Source: Moniliella sp. 'wahieum' (Eukaryota). From it: a DNA stretch of 64,000 nucleotides. Under the pieces are notes generated by a model. It saw only the letters and a list, made by a program, of their open reading frames with translations. It was not told the origin of the DNA and made no database searches. The stretch is taken from NCBI GenBank assembly GCA_003971905.1, contig RSEE01000005.1, forward strand, positions 310,001 to 374,000, read 5' to 3'. Positions 24,673 through 37,277 of the stretch are shown here, piece after piece. The translations under genes were made by a program, and so were the position numbers. Numbering within the stretch: the stretch's first letter is position 1; every line of letters starts with the position of its first letter.

Positions 24673-26573
24673 TCAGATGAAGATTTCGAGGCATTGCGAG
24701 CAAAAGAACGGTTCGCCGACTCCTCACGCTCCTGTCGGAGCACATCGAGGGGGATCATGCGACGGCCCGTAACCAAGTCAATGTCTTCAAGGCGAACCCA
24801 GAGGTTGGACCCGCCGGACTTGTTACGCATGAACAGCCCGGCAATGAAGAAGACGATGACCACGGGGATGGCAAGGCAAGCCTGGAAGACGATCGCACGG
24901 CCCGAACCCGACATGGACGATGCGCCAATGGGCCAGCAGGCAATTATGAACTGCAGCACCACTACCAGAGAGCAGAAGAAGGTGCCCCAGATGGAGCCAA
25001 CCATGCCTGTCGGCGACTGCCACGGAAGCTCCTCAAGTGTAACCGGCCTTCTTCCATGCCATGCGGAAGCGAACGTGGCACAGGGTAACCGAGCCCCAAG
25101 AGAAGATGGTCGAGAGACCACTGAGGGCAAGCAACCAGTTGAACACGTCCGTGTTCGACGCAGAGTAAATCAGGAACGAAAGGAAGCCCATGGCCAAACT
25201 GAGGATCACAGCTGGCATAGGACGACCTTGACGGTCAACAAACTTGAAAATGGCAGGGGCCTGGCCCTGCTGCGCCAACGCAGTAAGCGTGCGCGAGGCA
25301 CCGTACACGGCCGAGTTGCCCACCGACAGCACGGAAATCAAAATGACGGCATTGAAAATCGAAGGCAAGGCCTTGATCTTCCCAATCTGGATAGCAATGA
25401 CAAACGGACTGGCGCGAGCATCGTAGGAGGAGGTACCACCAGTCAGACGCTCGTTCATGGGGCCGACACAGAGTGTCACAACCAGTAGTGAAACCACGTA
25501 GAAAATGATGATACGGGCAAAGATCTGCTTAGCAGCCTTGGGCATGTCTTTGCGAGGGTTTTGCGACTCGGCAGCGGCTAGACCAATGAGCTCTGTGCCA
25601 GCAAAGGCAAAGGCGGCACTGACGAAAACAGAGCAGAAGCCTTGGAATCCATTGAGGAAGGCATCCGAAGCAGGATTCCAATACCTTGCGCCAATGTGCT
25701 CATGGGAGGGGGCACCACCAGCCGAAATAACACTACCACAGACTGAGGACGTAAGAAAGGTTAGCAATCCAAAACTGTACGGTGCACGGTGAAATCAAAT
25801 ACGCACTGATAAAGCCGATAACAGCAATGATCTTGACCATAGCGGCAAAGCTTTCAAATTCACCATAGCCACGGACGCCAAAGAGGTTGATGCCGCCAAT
25901 GACGACGATGAAGATGATAAGCCAGACACCAGGACTGATGTGCTCATTAGGATCCCAGAATTTGATCACCATCGAGGCAGCCGTGAGTTCCAAAGGCAAG
26001 ACGATAAACCATTGCATCCAGTAGTTCCAGCCCATGGCGAAACCCCAGGCGGGACTGACAAACCGAGTCGAGTAGGTAGCAAACGAACCCGAGATGGGGA
26101 AGAGCGAGCCCATTTCACCAAGATCCATAACGACACAGAGAAGCATGGTGCCGATCAAAAGGTAGTCCAACATCAAGAAGCCTGGACCACCCGTGTGGTA
26201 TACACCGCCAGAACCAATGAAGAGACCAGTACCGATACTGCATGCGGGGGGGAGGGGTCAGCACATGTTGGGCTCAGAAAAAGATTACGATTGAAGAGGA
26301 GAAAGACGAACCTGCCGCCAAAGGCAATCATCTGCATGTGACGCTGAGTAAGACGACGCTTGAGCTGCTCAGGAGGAGGGTTGCCCTCAGTGTGCTCGAG
26401 GGAAATAGAGGTGGCCTCAACATCCTGGCCCTTGTCGATGGAGTCCTTGTCGTCGTGATAAACATTGGTGGCGACATCGGCGTCGTAGCCGGGGCCAGCG
26501 GGGATCTCGGCAGGGCCTGTTGCGGTCTGGGCCGGCTTGAAGCCGTCCACGAAGTCCCTGAGAAATGGGACAT
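24673..26573 (-). CDS. amino-acid permease (YAT/APC family, Gap1-like)
   Basis: LKRRLTQRHMQMIAFGG, LGEMGSLFPISGSF, WGFAMGWNYW, GYGEFE, FAFAGTELIGLAAAES, SPFVIAI, GNSAVYGASRTL; two introns (~26198-26309 and ~25743-25802). Confidence 0.95.
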
Positions 26574-26647
26574 AGAGGGTAGACGAGAGAAAGGGGGGTG
26601 GGCAGGATAGAGAGGAAGGAGCCGGACAACCGCAGAGTGTTGATGGC

Positions 26648-26655
26648 TTATATAT
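26648..26655 (-). promoter_or_regulatory. TATA box of the amino-acid permease
   Basis: ATATATAA on the minus strand about 75 bp upstream of the ATG. Confidence 0.55.
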
Positions 26656-27834
26656 CGCAGGTCGCCCCGCTGGCTCTGGGTGGCTGGCGCATGGCTGATG
26701 GAGTGCGAGGCAGGCTGACTAGCTGGCTAGGCAAGTGACTAGGGGTTGGGAGGTGTACGTTTGCGTGACTGGTCAGGGCAGGCCTGCGCGCACCGATGCT
26801 GCTGACGATGGAGGGGCTTAGGCTGCTGCTGCCCTTGCGGAGGCGAGCCAACGGCAGAGCAGCATCGCGTGGACCACACTCACCTGGCCCTGTGCCCACA
26901 AGGCCAAGCCAGCGCAGGCATAATAGACCGCTGGGGCGGAATATTGCCTGCTGCGCCCTGCGCGGCCATCCAACCACACACGCCTCCTGCCTCAGCCGAC
27001 CAATCTAAAACGGCCGAGGAGATAGCGGCGCACACTTGCGCCATGCCTTGGAGGTGTTGTGACGGCCGGTTCCTCGAAGGGCGATATGCCCCGGACGCCA
27101 GGGTGCTAACACCTGCGATATACGGTAGCAGCCATGCTCGTTCCTGTCCAGCATGTCCCGCCAGGTCCCACGCCCCATCCGGCCCCACCCCAGCTGCTGT
27201 GCCGCATCAACTGGGCGCTGTGCCTCGGGGCCGGTGTCTGCGCAGCCACATCGTACGGAGTGGCTGTGGCTGTGGCAACCCTGAGTAGGCCCCCAGCAGG
27301 GCCCCACGCGGGCCAAGGGCGGCCTGACTAGTAACTGCCCTCCTGCGTGCGGCAGCAATCCATGGGGCTTGGACGCGGCTTGGCGAAGAGGTGGTGTGCC
27401 CCGTGCTAGCAGGGGCTATAGTAGGCGCTTGCCCCGTCCAACATCAAGCTTCAGGCCCAGACCCGCCCACGCCAGCCTTCCGCGATAGGCACTAGTACCA
27501 CAAGCCACTAGCCACTAGCCAGCACTCAAAAGGGGACACACAGCCGATAATCGATACGGCAAAATAAGCAAGCAGCCCCAGGGCAGTAAAATGGTATCGC
27601 AGGGGCCTCAAACAGACAGCACCTGGGCACAGTGTCAATAGCGCTGAGCACCCATAACGCTCGAAGCTATCATCTATCAAAAAGGCTATCAATCACACCA
27701 TCCCCTCCCTCAGTCCCCCATCCCATCGCATCCGCCGTCCCATCCACACTCCGCCCGTCCGTGCCTCCTTTGCCCCGATGCCCCGATGTTTGAGCGCTTC
27801 CATCTCACCAACAGCATCTCCGGCACAGCCATCA

Positions 27835-28015
27835 TCAACGTTAAACGTTAAATGTTCGGCATCGCGTCATCAAGACCTCAACGCTGGCTGAACCCATCAG
27901 AGCGCTCAGGCTGAGCCTCAGCACTGAGCCTCGCCGTGACATCAAGCTTCAAGCTTGAGCTTGAGCTTGACTCAAGCCCCAGCCAGCGCTCAGCATCTCA
28001 GCTTCAAGCCTCAAG
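27835..28015. repeat. cluster of TNA-palindrome arrays (ACGT, GCGC, AGCT spacers)
   Basis: tcaacgttaaacgttaa; agcgctcaggctgagcctca; tcaagcttcaagcttgagcttgagcttgactca. Confidence 0.85.
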
Positions 28016-28830
28016 GTCTTTTTATCCGTCCCTACCCAAACCCATGTCTTCGGCCAGACCTGGCGATTGGCAGTGGGGGGCTTTTGTTCCGGTGTCCGGC
28101 GGGCAACAGTATGTTATCAAGGGCAGTGTTTTCGCCCCTTGCCCTTTGTCCCAACAAGTCGGAATTATGATGGTGTCGCTGTCATACGTAACGCGGTACT
28201 TAGTAGTACACAATCAGTGTACGACTACGCACACATTGACCTAAGGCCTAAGATTCCACTAGGGTGGCAGTAGGGTTATATATTGTCCTTCTTGTTTATG
28301 TGTGCCTGGATGAGGTTCTTGGCTACAATACATATGATGGTAACAGAAGGCGAGATTGGGATGATCGAAGATGGTTTATGTCATGTGTTCTGCCGTGTGA
28401 TCGGCTACGCTACCGGGTTTACCCCCCTTCCTCAAAGAGAGCATGGATTGGCACCCCCCGTGACCAAAGGAAGGAGGGGCGTGCAATTGATACAATAAAT
28501 CCTTGGCGCATCGCACCCCGATGCCTAATACAAGGAAGGAGGCGTACGCGATCAAGAATGGTTCTAGCTAGCTTGCCCAAAGCCCGAATGAAGGAGGGGT
28601 ATGCCAAGCAACGAATTCTTACTCCTCTGCACGTGGATGATCCCACGGCGATCCTACAATAGCTTTATTGAGACTGTCGGGGCTGATGCAGCCGTGCTCT
28701 GCATGATCGTTATTAAGAAAGCGAACAGCCGAGCTGAGCTGTGGGTCTGGACTCACGAAGGATCCGCAAAGAATCCACAAGCGAGATAATCTTCCAGACA
28801 GGAAGATGGTGTCGAGACAAAAGGGTTGTC

Positions 28831-28964
28831 CTAAATATACATGGCTAATCGAAATTTCTTGCGCACAATCTTGGGGCCTTGCCCACCTTGAATTTTGTAC
28901 GTAGTCCTCACATATCTATCCGGAACCTTGTTACCAGCATTTTCGATTAGCTATGTACATTTAG
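28831..28964 (+). mobile_element. MITE-like element, copy A (24-bp imperfect TIRs)
   Basis: Left end ctaaatatacatggctaatcgaaa matches the reverse complement of the right end (ctaaatgtacatagctaatcgaaa) with 2 mismatches; a near-identical inverted copy lies at 32823-32940. Confidence 0.75.
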
Positions 28965-29167
28965 CCAAGGCCCCTTTATAGCGCCAGTCCCTCCTCAGGT
29001 TGACGAGTTCCGGTAATGAGGGGCTGCATTGCTATGACATTGGGCACCCCATGTATTGTATAGTACATGGATTTTGAGAAGACGCAACCGAAAGAAGAAT
29101 GCAGGACACTCAGGCAAAACAGGCATTATATGATAGAAAAGCACGACAGACTACATGCGTTCAATCG

Positions 29168-31220
29168 TCACCCCCGATGTGGCATACGACGAGACATGAA
29201 GCGACCCCAGAGGGACGTTTCAAGTCCTCTGGGCGTCGTGGGAAAGGCAACTCTCCCGCCGCGCGAGACACCGTTTGAGGGCGAATGTAGGTCGTCCAAA
29301 TAGTTCTTACGGCTGTTGCGCAGCCGGATGGACAGATCAAGATACGCATCGAGTGTCAGCGAGGGGTACTCCCAATCTGTCTTGGATCGTAAGGGCTTGG
29401 GTAAGACAAGGCTTTAGAGTCCCTATTGGGAATGGCATGATAGCGTGCCAGCTCTGCATCGAGCAAGGGCTTGGGAACAGGGATGGGACCGTCAACCTCG
29501 TCCTTAGCACCGTTCGAAGCAGTGGAAAGGTATTCTTGCCACAGCACCTCCGTGGGATAAGTGGAATACTCCAGTTGGAACTCGGGGGGTGGAGGGTTGG
29601 ATGGATTGGCCTCGTACGCGCTGTTGGCCTCATCCAGATTGAGATGCCACTCGGAATAACCTAATGGGAGAGGAAACGGTTCGTGCGAACGGGAGATGCG
29701 GGGTGACGGTAGTAAACCTTCTTGTGATCTTTCTTCTTCCTGATGCCCACCGCTTTGTTTCTCCCAGCCCAAGATAGTTTGACCCACAGATGACGATGTC
29801 AGGCCCGCTTCCTCCTGTACCTGATCCTCGTCCTCAACAGAGAAGTCCGATGCATAGTCCTTGGCCCGATAGCGCGTTCCGAACTCGTATTGTACGTCCA
29901 AACGCGCATAGTGGGGTACCAGTTGGGCAATAGCGAAGGGGACAGTGATGCCACACTGTAACGGTCCAACACGTCCTCGGTCACATTCTCTGGGACCTGA
30001 AGGATATTGTTGACCATGAGTGCAACAATATCCGTCGCTTGCACATTATAAGGGACGTCGGCCGAACCATGTTCCGCGGACTGTGGAGCAGACTCTCATA
30101 CGGGTCCAGCATGGCGTCGTCTTCCTCCATCAACTGTTGCGCCCTCTTCTGGAGGGGACGGGGGTGGAGGGTTATCCTCTGTGTGGAAGGTGAAAAGATC
30201 ATAGTTTTGATGACCATAGTGCTGTCCGACAATGGTATCTTGATAGCGAAGCACCAAGTTACTGTACCGTTGATAGCAGTCCTCAAGTACCACGCCTTGT
30301 TAGGCGGAACATGGCCGATTAGATGTGCCTGCATCCCACGGTTTCTAGTCCGACCCAGCTGGGCCTCGAGCCAATCCTGGGAAGATAGCATGTCAGTCTA
30401 GGGCCCAATGATTCAGGGGGAAAGTACAAACCAATTCGAGTCCGCCCGGGTCGCCCCGACGCGAGTCACAGCCATCGACCATCTTGTTGGACTTGAACCA
30501 GTAGATGGTTTGAGGCTGAACACAGTCAACGCTGCCGGAATCACATCGCGGGCAAAGTACCCGCCAATGGAGCACACATGCGCTTCCGACTCAGGCAGCA
30601 AGCCAAACTGGGCCCACATGCGAGCGTACATGAACGTCACATCGTTCGGGCCGGGCCACATGATGTTGTGTGGGTATATATCGTTGTTTCCAATAGCCGG
30701 CACGATGGGAACGCCAGGGAAAGCAATCTTGAGCTGTTGGATACACCATCGGTTAAACTCAAAATTTCGTCCCGCGTTCGAGGGTGGACAGGACCATGTC
30801 GTGGCGAACATTGTCACCCGTCCAGATAATAAAGTCGAGACCATCCTGGGAACCAAATGATTTGGCGGCCCAAGCCAGTGCCTTCTCCACCAGCCAGGGG
30901 GGCGAGTCGCACTCGGTCCGAGGTGCCCCAGTACCCAGCACGGATGGCCGCCTCGGGATCGTCTAGCTCGTCGGCCATCAGCTGGCACGAAGACTCGACC
31001 GTTGCATTGTACGTGTAGAATTGGTCCGGGTGCATGTCAGTCACATGGAGAAAGCGTCCATGGATAGGACGAGGCTGGGGCGTCGTTGCTGCGCGTGCAT
31101 CGCTCGTTGCTGGAGGGCCTCTCCCTCGAAGAGCAAGGGCGACGCGCGGATCGCCGGCGCAGCGCCCAAGGCGAGAATGACCGTCGTCGCTACAGCCGAA
31201 GCGGCGGCAAGGGCCCGCAT
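29168..31220 (-). CDS. PPN1: vacuolar endopolyphosphatase (calcineurin-like metallophosphoesterase)
   Basis: N-terminal hydrophobic anchor; GRFLHVTDMHPD, CDSPPWLV, DFIIWTGDNVRHD, IVPAIGNNDIYPHN, LIGHVPP, GQHYGHQNYD, PSLLPNWYPTMRV, FQLEYST. Confidence 0.93.
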
Positions 31221-31766
31221 GCGTGCAAACTTGTGATGGCAGAGGTACAACGAACCGGAACAAGGGAAAGTGAGATGGTAGCGGAGCCGCAGTAAGTGTT
31301 CTGCCTCCAGAGATGATAGATAGCCCACGTGCGAGCTAGCTGGCGGGCTCCTGGTCGATCCGCGAAGACAAATTGGTCAAAGTTCGAAGGCGGTTGAACG
31401 GTTGAACGGTTGAACGTTTGAACGTTGGTGTAATAAGGGTGTGTTTCGGTGCAATACAATATTGAAATTGCAAGTGGCGCCGTACTTTAATCCGTGTCTC
31501 TATTCCATACGAGAGACCCTGTCCTTGTGCTGCACGGCCATCTTTCCCCCCTTGGCACCGTTCCATACATCATTTACCCCCCCCCTGGACCACCGTTCCA
31601 TAGGCCCCTTTCCCATAGTCAACAATGTCCGCAGTTCCATCGTCCAGAGAGACCTTCACGCCCACACATACAGCATAGGTTAACGTTCCATCATATTCAC
31701 CGTGGCATATATACCATTCTGTAGTCAGTAGCAGGGAAGCATGGCTTGCGCGAGACCTCAGAGGAT

Positions 31767-32266
31767 CACGTAGAGGGATGTTGGGGTGGACGACTGGCCC
31801 CTGCCCCGCCTAGGTTCTTCTTCGTGGCTGCACCCTTTGGGGCCACCGTAGTCACTGCCCCTTCGGCCCGCTGGGCGATTGTCGCCACCATTCCGTCGTC
31901 ACCACCTTTGCTCATTGTTCCATTGTCCCCCCTTGATGGTTAACCGCACCACTGCAGCTGCCGTTCCATCGTTGCCCTTGGCCACCGGGCAATTGACCAC
32001 CATTGAATATTGACCAGAAACCGCCACCGCCGCCGCCACGGTTCTGTCGGTCCCGGGGGCCACCGGCGCGGACGGTGAACCGTTTCACTCTCTTGATTCT
32101 CCGTCCATTAAGCGTCCTCTTGATGGCGAAGCGGCCCGAGGGCGTAGCGAAAACGCGTGCATAGGAGCGGAGAGAGAAGGGGGGGTAAGAGAAGGAGGGA
32201 CAGAGGACGTGGAGCCGATGCTGCTTTGGGGGATGTGAGATTCATTGCGCAGGAGAGGGAGGCCAT
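31767..32266 (-). CDS. possible small secreted Gly-rich protein, frameshifted
   Basis: MNLTSPKAASAPRPLSLLLLP hydrophobic start; another frame reads RIKRVKRFTVRAGGPRDRQNRGGGGGGFWSIFNGGQLPGG. Confidence 0.3.
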
Positions 32267-32822
32267 TGGGGTGATGGTTGCGAAGGTGAACTGGACTGGC
32301 CTAGACTGACGGGGCGGTGGCTGCGCGCGCACAACAAGCAGAATGCGACAAGAACGCCAAGTATCAGGGCCGCACCCAAGAACCGTGTTTCCCTTTGGAT
32401 TTGACGACCCGCAGTCCTCCGGGGGGGGAGTTCGAATCCCACTCTCGTCATCATGTGGAAGTGGCAGGCGAGCTAGGCAGGAGTAGGAGTGCTGTGGATG
32501 CAATCAGGGGGAAGGCAGGCCGCGGAGGCGCAACAGGAAGGGGCGGAACAGAGGCGGAACGGGATCGCCTCGCACAATACTATATGCCTCCACCAAAAGA
32601 CAGCGGGCAAGCTGCCTGAGAACTGGATGGAATTGACTACTGAGTCTGAATGGAGAGATGGTTCAACGTTCAACCGTTCACCACGTTACGTTCACCTCTC
32701 GGATGTCTACCACGTTCATCCGTATCCACACGCGCTGTCTTGGGCGTGGGAACGGATGACGTACCAGATGGTCCTGATCTGCCGACGATTCCCTTGGTTC
32801 CGTACCCGGGCTTGGCGCTCCC

Positions 32823-32940
32823 ACATAGCTAATCGAAAATGCCGGTAACAAGGTTCCGGATAGATATGTGAGGACTACGTACGAAATTCAAGGTGGGCAA
32901 GGCCCACAAGATTGTGCACCAGAAATTTCGATTAGCCATG
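32823..32940 (-). mobile_element. MITE-like element, copy B (inverted relative to copy A, ends trimmed)
   Basis: Reverse complement matches 28840-28956 with 4 substitutions and 1 indel by manual alignment. Confidence 0.75.
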
Positions 32941-32959
32941 CAAGCAACACGCGCCGCAT

Positions 32960-33015
32960 AAACGGGTCGGTTCAGGCGCAGTGGTTCGTTGTCCCAGCCT
33001 TAAGCTCTGTCAATG
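32960..33015 (+). repeat. dispersed repeat family 2, copy 1
   Basis: tgtcccagccttaagctctgtcaatg (32990-33015) is identical to 51907-51932; the upstream aacgg.tcggtt is also shared. Confidence 0.75.
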
Positions 33016-33080
33016 ATACAGTGGTTACCAGTTACAGCATGATAGAGACGATTGCGGCCAGTTGATCACCGACAACAGGT

Positions 33081-34190
33081 TGGACGTTGGACGTTGGACG
33101 TTGTGTCGGCATGTCGTGCTTGCGATGTGATGGGACACTGGTGCAGTGTGCCATAGGCTTAGCCAGCCTCTGGCGCTCCCACCACTTGCACCCGACAGCT
33201 AGCTCCGCTAGTTCCGCCCCGGCGGAAGTCTGGCAGTCCAAGGTGTCTCCTCGTCAAAGCTTCGGCAGTCGTAGCTTACTCTTCCCTCTCTTCCACCCCC
33301 CTCCCTCCTCCCTCTCCGCTACTGTCCCTACTATCACTCACCCGCAATCAATCCCTATTGCCTATTTGACCTAGAGTTCTTGATTGCCGTTTCGCTTAGC
33401 ATCGGGATTCGGTCACATCAGATGCAAGATGCCCCTTGCATGATGCATGATGCATGCGTGATGCATGGTGCACATGATGCAATCGATCATCGATCATCGA
33501 TCATCGACACCATCGGTCTTTCACTTCACTTCAACTTGAAGCTTGACTGGCTCGACTGCGTTCGCAAGCTGCCAGCTGCAAGGGAGATCCTGAGGTTGTT
33601 CCGCTTGACTCGGAGCAGTGCTGCTAGTGATGATCAAATCAATCACTAGTCACTAGTCACTAGTATAAATAGTAAATAGTCCACCTAACTAGTAACTAAG
33701 CAACTGCTCGGTAACCGGTAGCCGATGAGCGGAGCGCGTGAGCGCGTGAGCTCGCACCGTGGTGGAGTTAGGCCTTAGGGTTAGAGGGTAGTACTTGGTG
33801 GCCTGCCGTGGGCGGCGGCCTATGGCGAGCTAGTGACATGCGGCATGCGACGCAGTGCCAGCAGGGTTGTTCAGGCGGGCCTGTCCTCACATGCTGCATG
33901 CTGCACCTCACAGCGTCGCACAGTGGAAGCATGTGGCAAGTAGGCCAGGCCAGGCAGGGCAGGCGCTGGCGCAGTAGGCTGCATGCGATGTCCATCCATG
34001 ATGCATGATCGATGATCAGTGACCCCTTGCATGCAGGGCAGGCGCCAGGCCGGCATCCAAAAACGGCAGCTCAGATTTCACCCATCATGCACCATGCATC
34101 ATGCATCACCGGTCACCCGTGCACCCTCCGCAGCTCCCCCCTGCCCCCAGCATGCCCCAGCATGCCCCAGCATGCCCCAGCACCGCCCAG
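33081..34190. repeat. dense cluster of TNA-palindrome arrays upstream of ZRC1
   Basis: (TGG-ACGT)3 at 33081; TGA-TGCA at 33441; TCA-TCGA at 33483-33507; (TCA-CTAG)3 at 33643; TGA-TGCA-TGA-TCGA-TGA at 33999; TCA-TGCA-TCA-CCGG-TCA at 34099; (ccccagcatg)3 at ~34145. Confidence 0.9.
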
Positions 34191-34263
34191 CACAAAATCT
34201 TTCTCGTCCCCCTCCGCCGCCGCCACCACCCACCACCTCCCCACCTCCCCCCGCCGCCCCGCC

Positions 34264-35841
34264 ATGGGTCGCCAAGCGCGCCTGCTGGCGCTCCTCGCCA
34301 TCGACACCGCCTTCTTCTTCTCGAGATCATTGTCGGCTATGCCGTCGGCTCCCTCGCCCTCGTCGCCGACAGCTTTCACATGCTCAATGATGTCATTTCC
34401 CTCTTGGTGGCCCTCTGGGCTCTCCGCCTCAGCAACGGCGATGATGGCGATGGTGAAAGCGACCCCCGCTTCTCGTACGGCTGGCAACGTGCCGAAGTCC
34501 TCGGCGCACTCATCAATGGCGTCTTCCTTCTGGCCCTCTGCTTCTCCATCTTTATGGAGGCCATCGAACGCTTCTTTAATGTGCAAGAAGTCCAGAACCC
34601 GCGCCTGGTCATCTTTGTTGGTTCCCTAGGCCTCCTCTCCAACATTGTGGGCCTCTTCCTCTTCCACGACCATGGACACAGTCACGGAGGCCACTCACAC
34701 GGCCCTAAGGATGCCGCCATCGACAACGAAGAGGAGCATACCCATGCGCATGACCATCCTGTTGCTGCCAGTGTCAGTGGTCATGCCCACGCGGACGCCC
34801 CCACTGCTCCCCATCCCACGTCCACTCCCGACGAGGACGCTGCTCCGTCCCGTGGCCACGACCGTAATTCTAGCCTAAACAGTCTCTATGGCCACCCGGC
34901 CCAAACACGCGCCAACGTTGTCCAGACCGCCGCCGACTTGGGCTACCAGCGTCACGCGCATGCCCATGCCTCTTCTCACTCTCATGGCGGCATTGAGATT
35001 CAAGGGGGCGAGCGCGACACGTTGCCTGCCACTGCCGATGTCGAGGCTGTGCCGCACGACCATGCACACGCGGACGACGGTGCCTCGCACGGCCATAGCC
35101 ACGACCATGCGCACGGCCATGACGGGGCGATGAACATGCGTGGTGTGTTCCTGCACGTGATGGGGGATGCATTGGGCAATGTGGGTGTGATTGCGTCGGG
35201 TCTGTTCATTCTGCTATCGGACAAGTGGTGGCGCTTCTACACGGACCCTGCTATCTCCTTCCTCTTGACCATCATCATCTTCCACTCGGCCTTGCCACTG
35301 GTCAAATCGGCATCATTCATTTGCTCCAGGGTGTGCCAGCCGGGGTACGGCTGGACCTAGTCAAGCGTGCTCTGCTGCGGATTCCCGGTGTGATTGGGGT
35401 GCACGAACTGCACATTTGGCAGTTGAGCGAAAGCAAGTTGGTAGCTTCGGTGCACTTGCACGTCGATTGCTCCGCCGGGCAGATTGAGCGCTACCACCAG
35501 ATTGCGTCGAGTGTGAAGCAGGTGCTGCACCGCTGGGGCGTACACAGCAGTACGATCCAACCCGAGTTTGTGCCTGGTGTTGCGGCGGCGGCCGAGCTGG
35601 GTGGGATCGAAGTGGAGCCGGGCAAGACCGACCAGAATGGCCGGTTGATCACACCCCAGGGCGAACCGGTGGAGGAGGCGATTTACAAGAACGATATTGG
35701 TTGTTTGTTGGTGTGCAACCAGGGTGCCAATGCGTCGTGCAATGGCAGGGATGTTGCCCCTCCAAAGCCCCCTCCCCCAGCCACCCTTCCTCCTTTAGTG
35801 CTCCCTCGGACAGCCCGGCCCCAGAGAGCACCGACAACTAA
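34264..35841 (+). CDS. ZRC1: cation diffusion facilitator zinc transporter (Zrc1/Cot1, ZnT1-like)
   Basis: SLALVADSFHMLND, FSYGWQRAEVLGALING, His-rich loop HDHGHSHGGHSH, NMRGVFLHVMGDALG, VHELHIWQL, GVHSSTIQPE; end approximate. Confidence 0.95.
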
Positions 35842-36151
35842 GACCACTTGCCGACATGGGCCATCGTATCAGCCCGCCGTGCCATGGGCTCGGCCTGAGC
35901 GTTCTCATTTGTGCTGCAAGTGTACCCAATAATTTCGAATGAACAGGCAGAGTTGGCTTGAGGTCAAAAAATACTTGGACGGGGGTTTGGCGTGTTTTTG
36001 GCTTTGTTTTGTTTGTAGGTAGGGGGGGATGCTTCCGCCGTTCCGATCCGAGGTAAAACAGAAAAAAAAAAAGAACAAATGAATGTGCGTTTACACGTGG
36101 GTCGCCGGCGGGTGTGCCGGCGCGGCCGTCGGTGAGGCCTGAAGTGGAGCC

Positions 36152-36180
36152 GGGTGGGGCAGGGTGGGGCAGGGTGGGGC
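36152..36180 (+). repeat. (GGGTGGGGCA)3 G-rich tandem repeat
   Basis: gggtggggcagggtggggcagggtggggc. Confidence 0.8.
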
Positions 36181-37277
36181 ACATGAAATTTTGCGGGCGG
36201 GGTGGGCGGGTAGGAGCAGTGCAAGGCAGGGAAGGAAGCGGCAACGGGGTTGACTAGGATTAATGACTGGACGGTGAATATTTGAATAGAGAATCGAGAC
36301 GTTGAAAGCGGACAGAGCGGGGAGCAGACAGTGGAGCGCAGGGCACCGAATGTAAGGAAGGTGTCGGCTATTTGGAAAGACTGGAGATGGGACGGGATCA
36401 GGGACGGCAGCTAGTTTTTAGGCCAATAATTCAAGACCTTCCCAAGGGCCGTTTCAACGTTTTCTTCCGAAGTTGTGATCGCATCATTGATGTCAATCTA
36501 AACGCTAGAATGCTAAACGTGACTAGACCAAGGGACGAGTAGCTTACAGAGACCAATGCGCTGCTCAATTGAGGGTTAATTAGTAAGGGGGCATATGCAT
36601 GTGGGTGGGCGCATGGACAAGGAGACTGCTGCCGATGCGGAGTGCGGAGAAAAATAGCGATGGTCTTTCAACTGTTCAACTGTTTAACGTTTGGCTTCCA
36701 AATTCCAGGCCCGATCGATGATGGATGATGGATGATCTCCTGCGCCAGTGTGACATGGGATTGCATGCGACACGTGACATATGATTGCGAGCGCGGGCAT
36801 ATCGGACATGCGACAGGGCCACCGCCTGTCCACGCTGCTCCATGCGGCGCCGGAGCGGGGTGACCGGTGAGGAGCGGGGGGGAGGGGCGAGGTGGATGGC
36901 AGGGCAAACGGCCATGGCCATCGGCGCTCCCTACGCACATCGGCGGCGACGGAAGGGGGAGGGGAGGGGAGGGGAGGGCTGGGGCAGCAGGCAGGCGTGC
37001 CGACACGTGGGCGTGATGGGCGCGGAGACCAACCACACCAACACCAGCGCACAGCCCAAATTAACAAGGCGCATATATGCCGCTTGTTCCGCCAGCTGAT
37101 CGTTGATCGTCGGTTGATCGGTTGATCGATCATCCTGCCTCGACGCCCGCCGTGTGGCTTGGCTCTTCCGGCGGCTTGGGCACTGGGCTTGGCTAAGCTA
37201 AGCGTTCAGCCACGCTCCTCGCCACCGCCACCGCCACCGGCCACCCGCCACCCCCCCCCCTCTGCCGCCTCGTCCCC

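Noticed and set aside
24343..25488. 381-aa plus-strand ORF
   Set aside because: It is antisense to the amino-acid permease and has no recognisable motifs.
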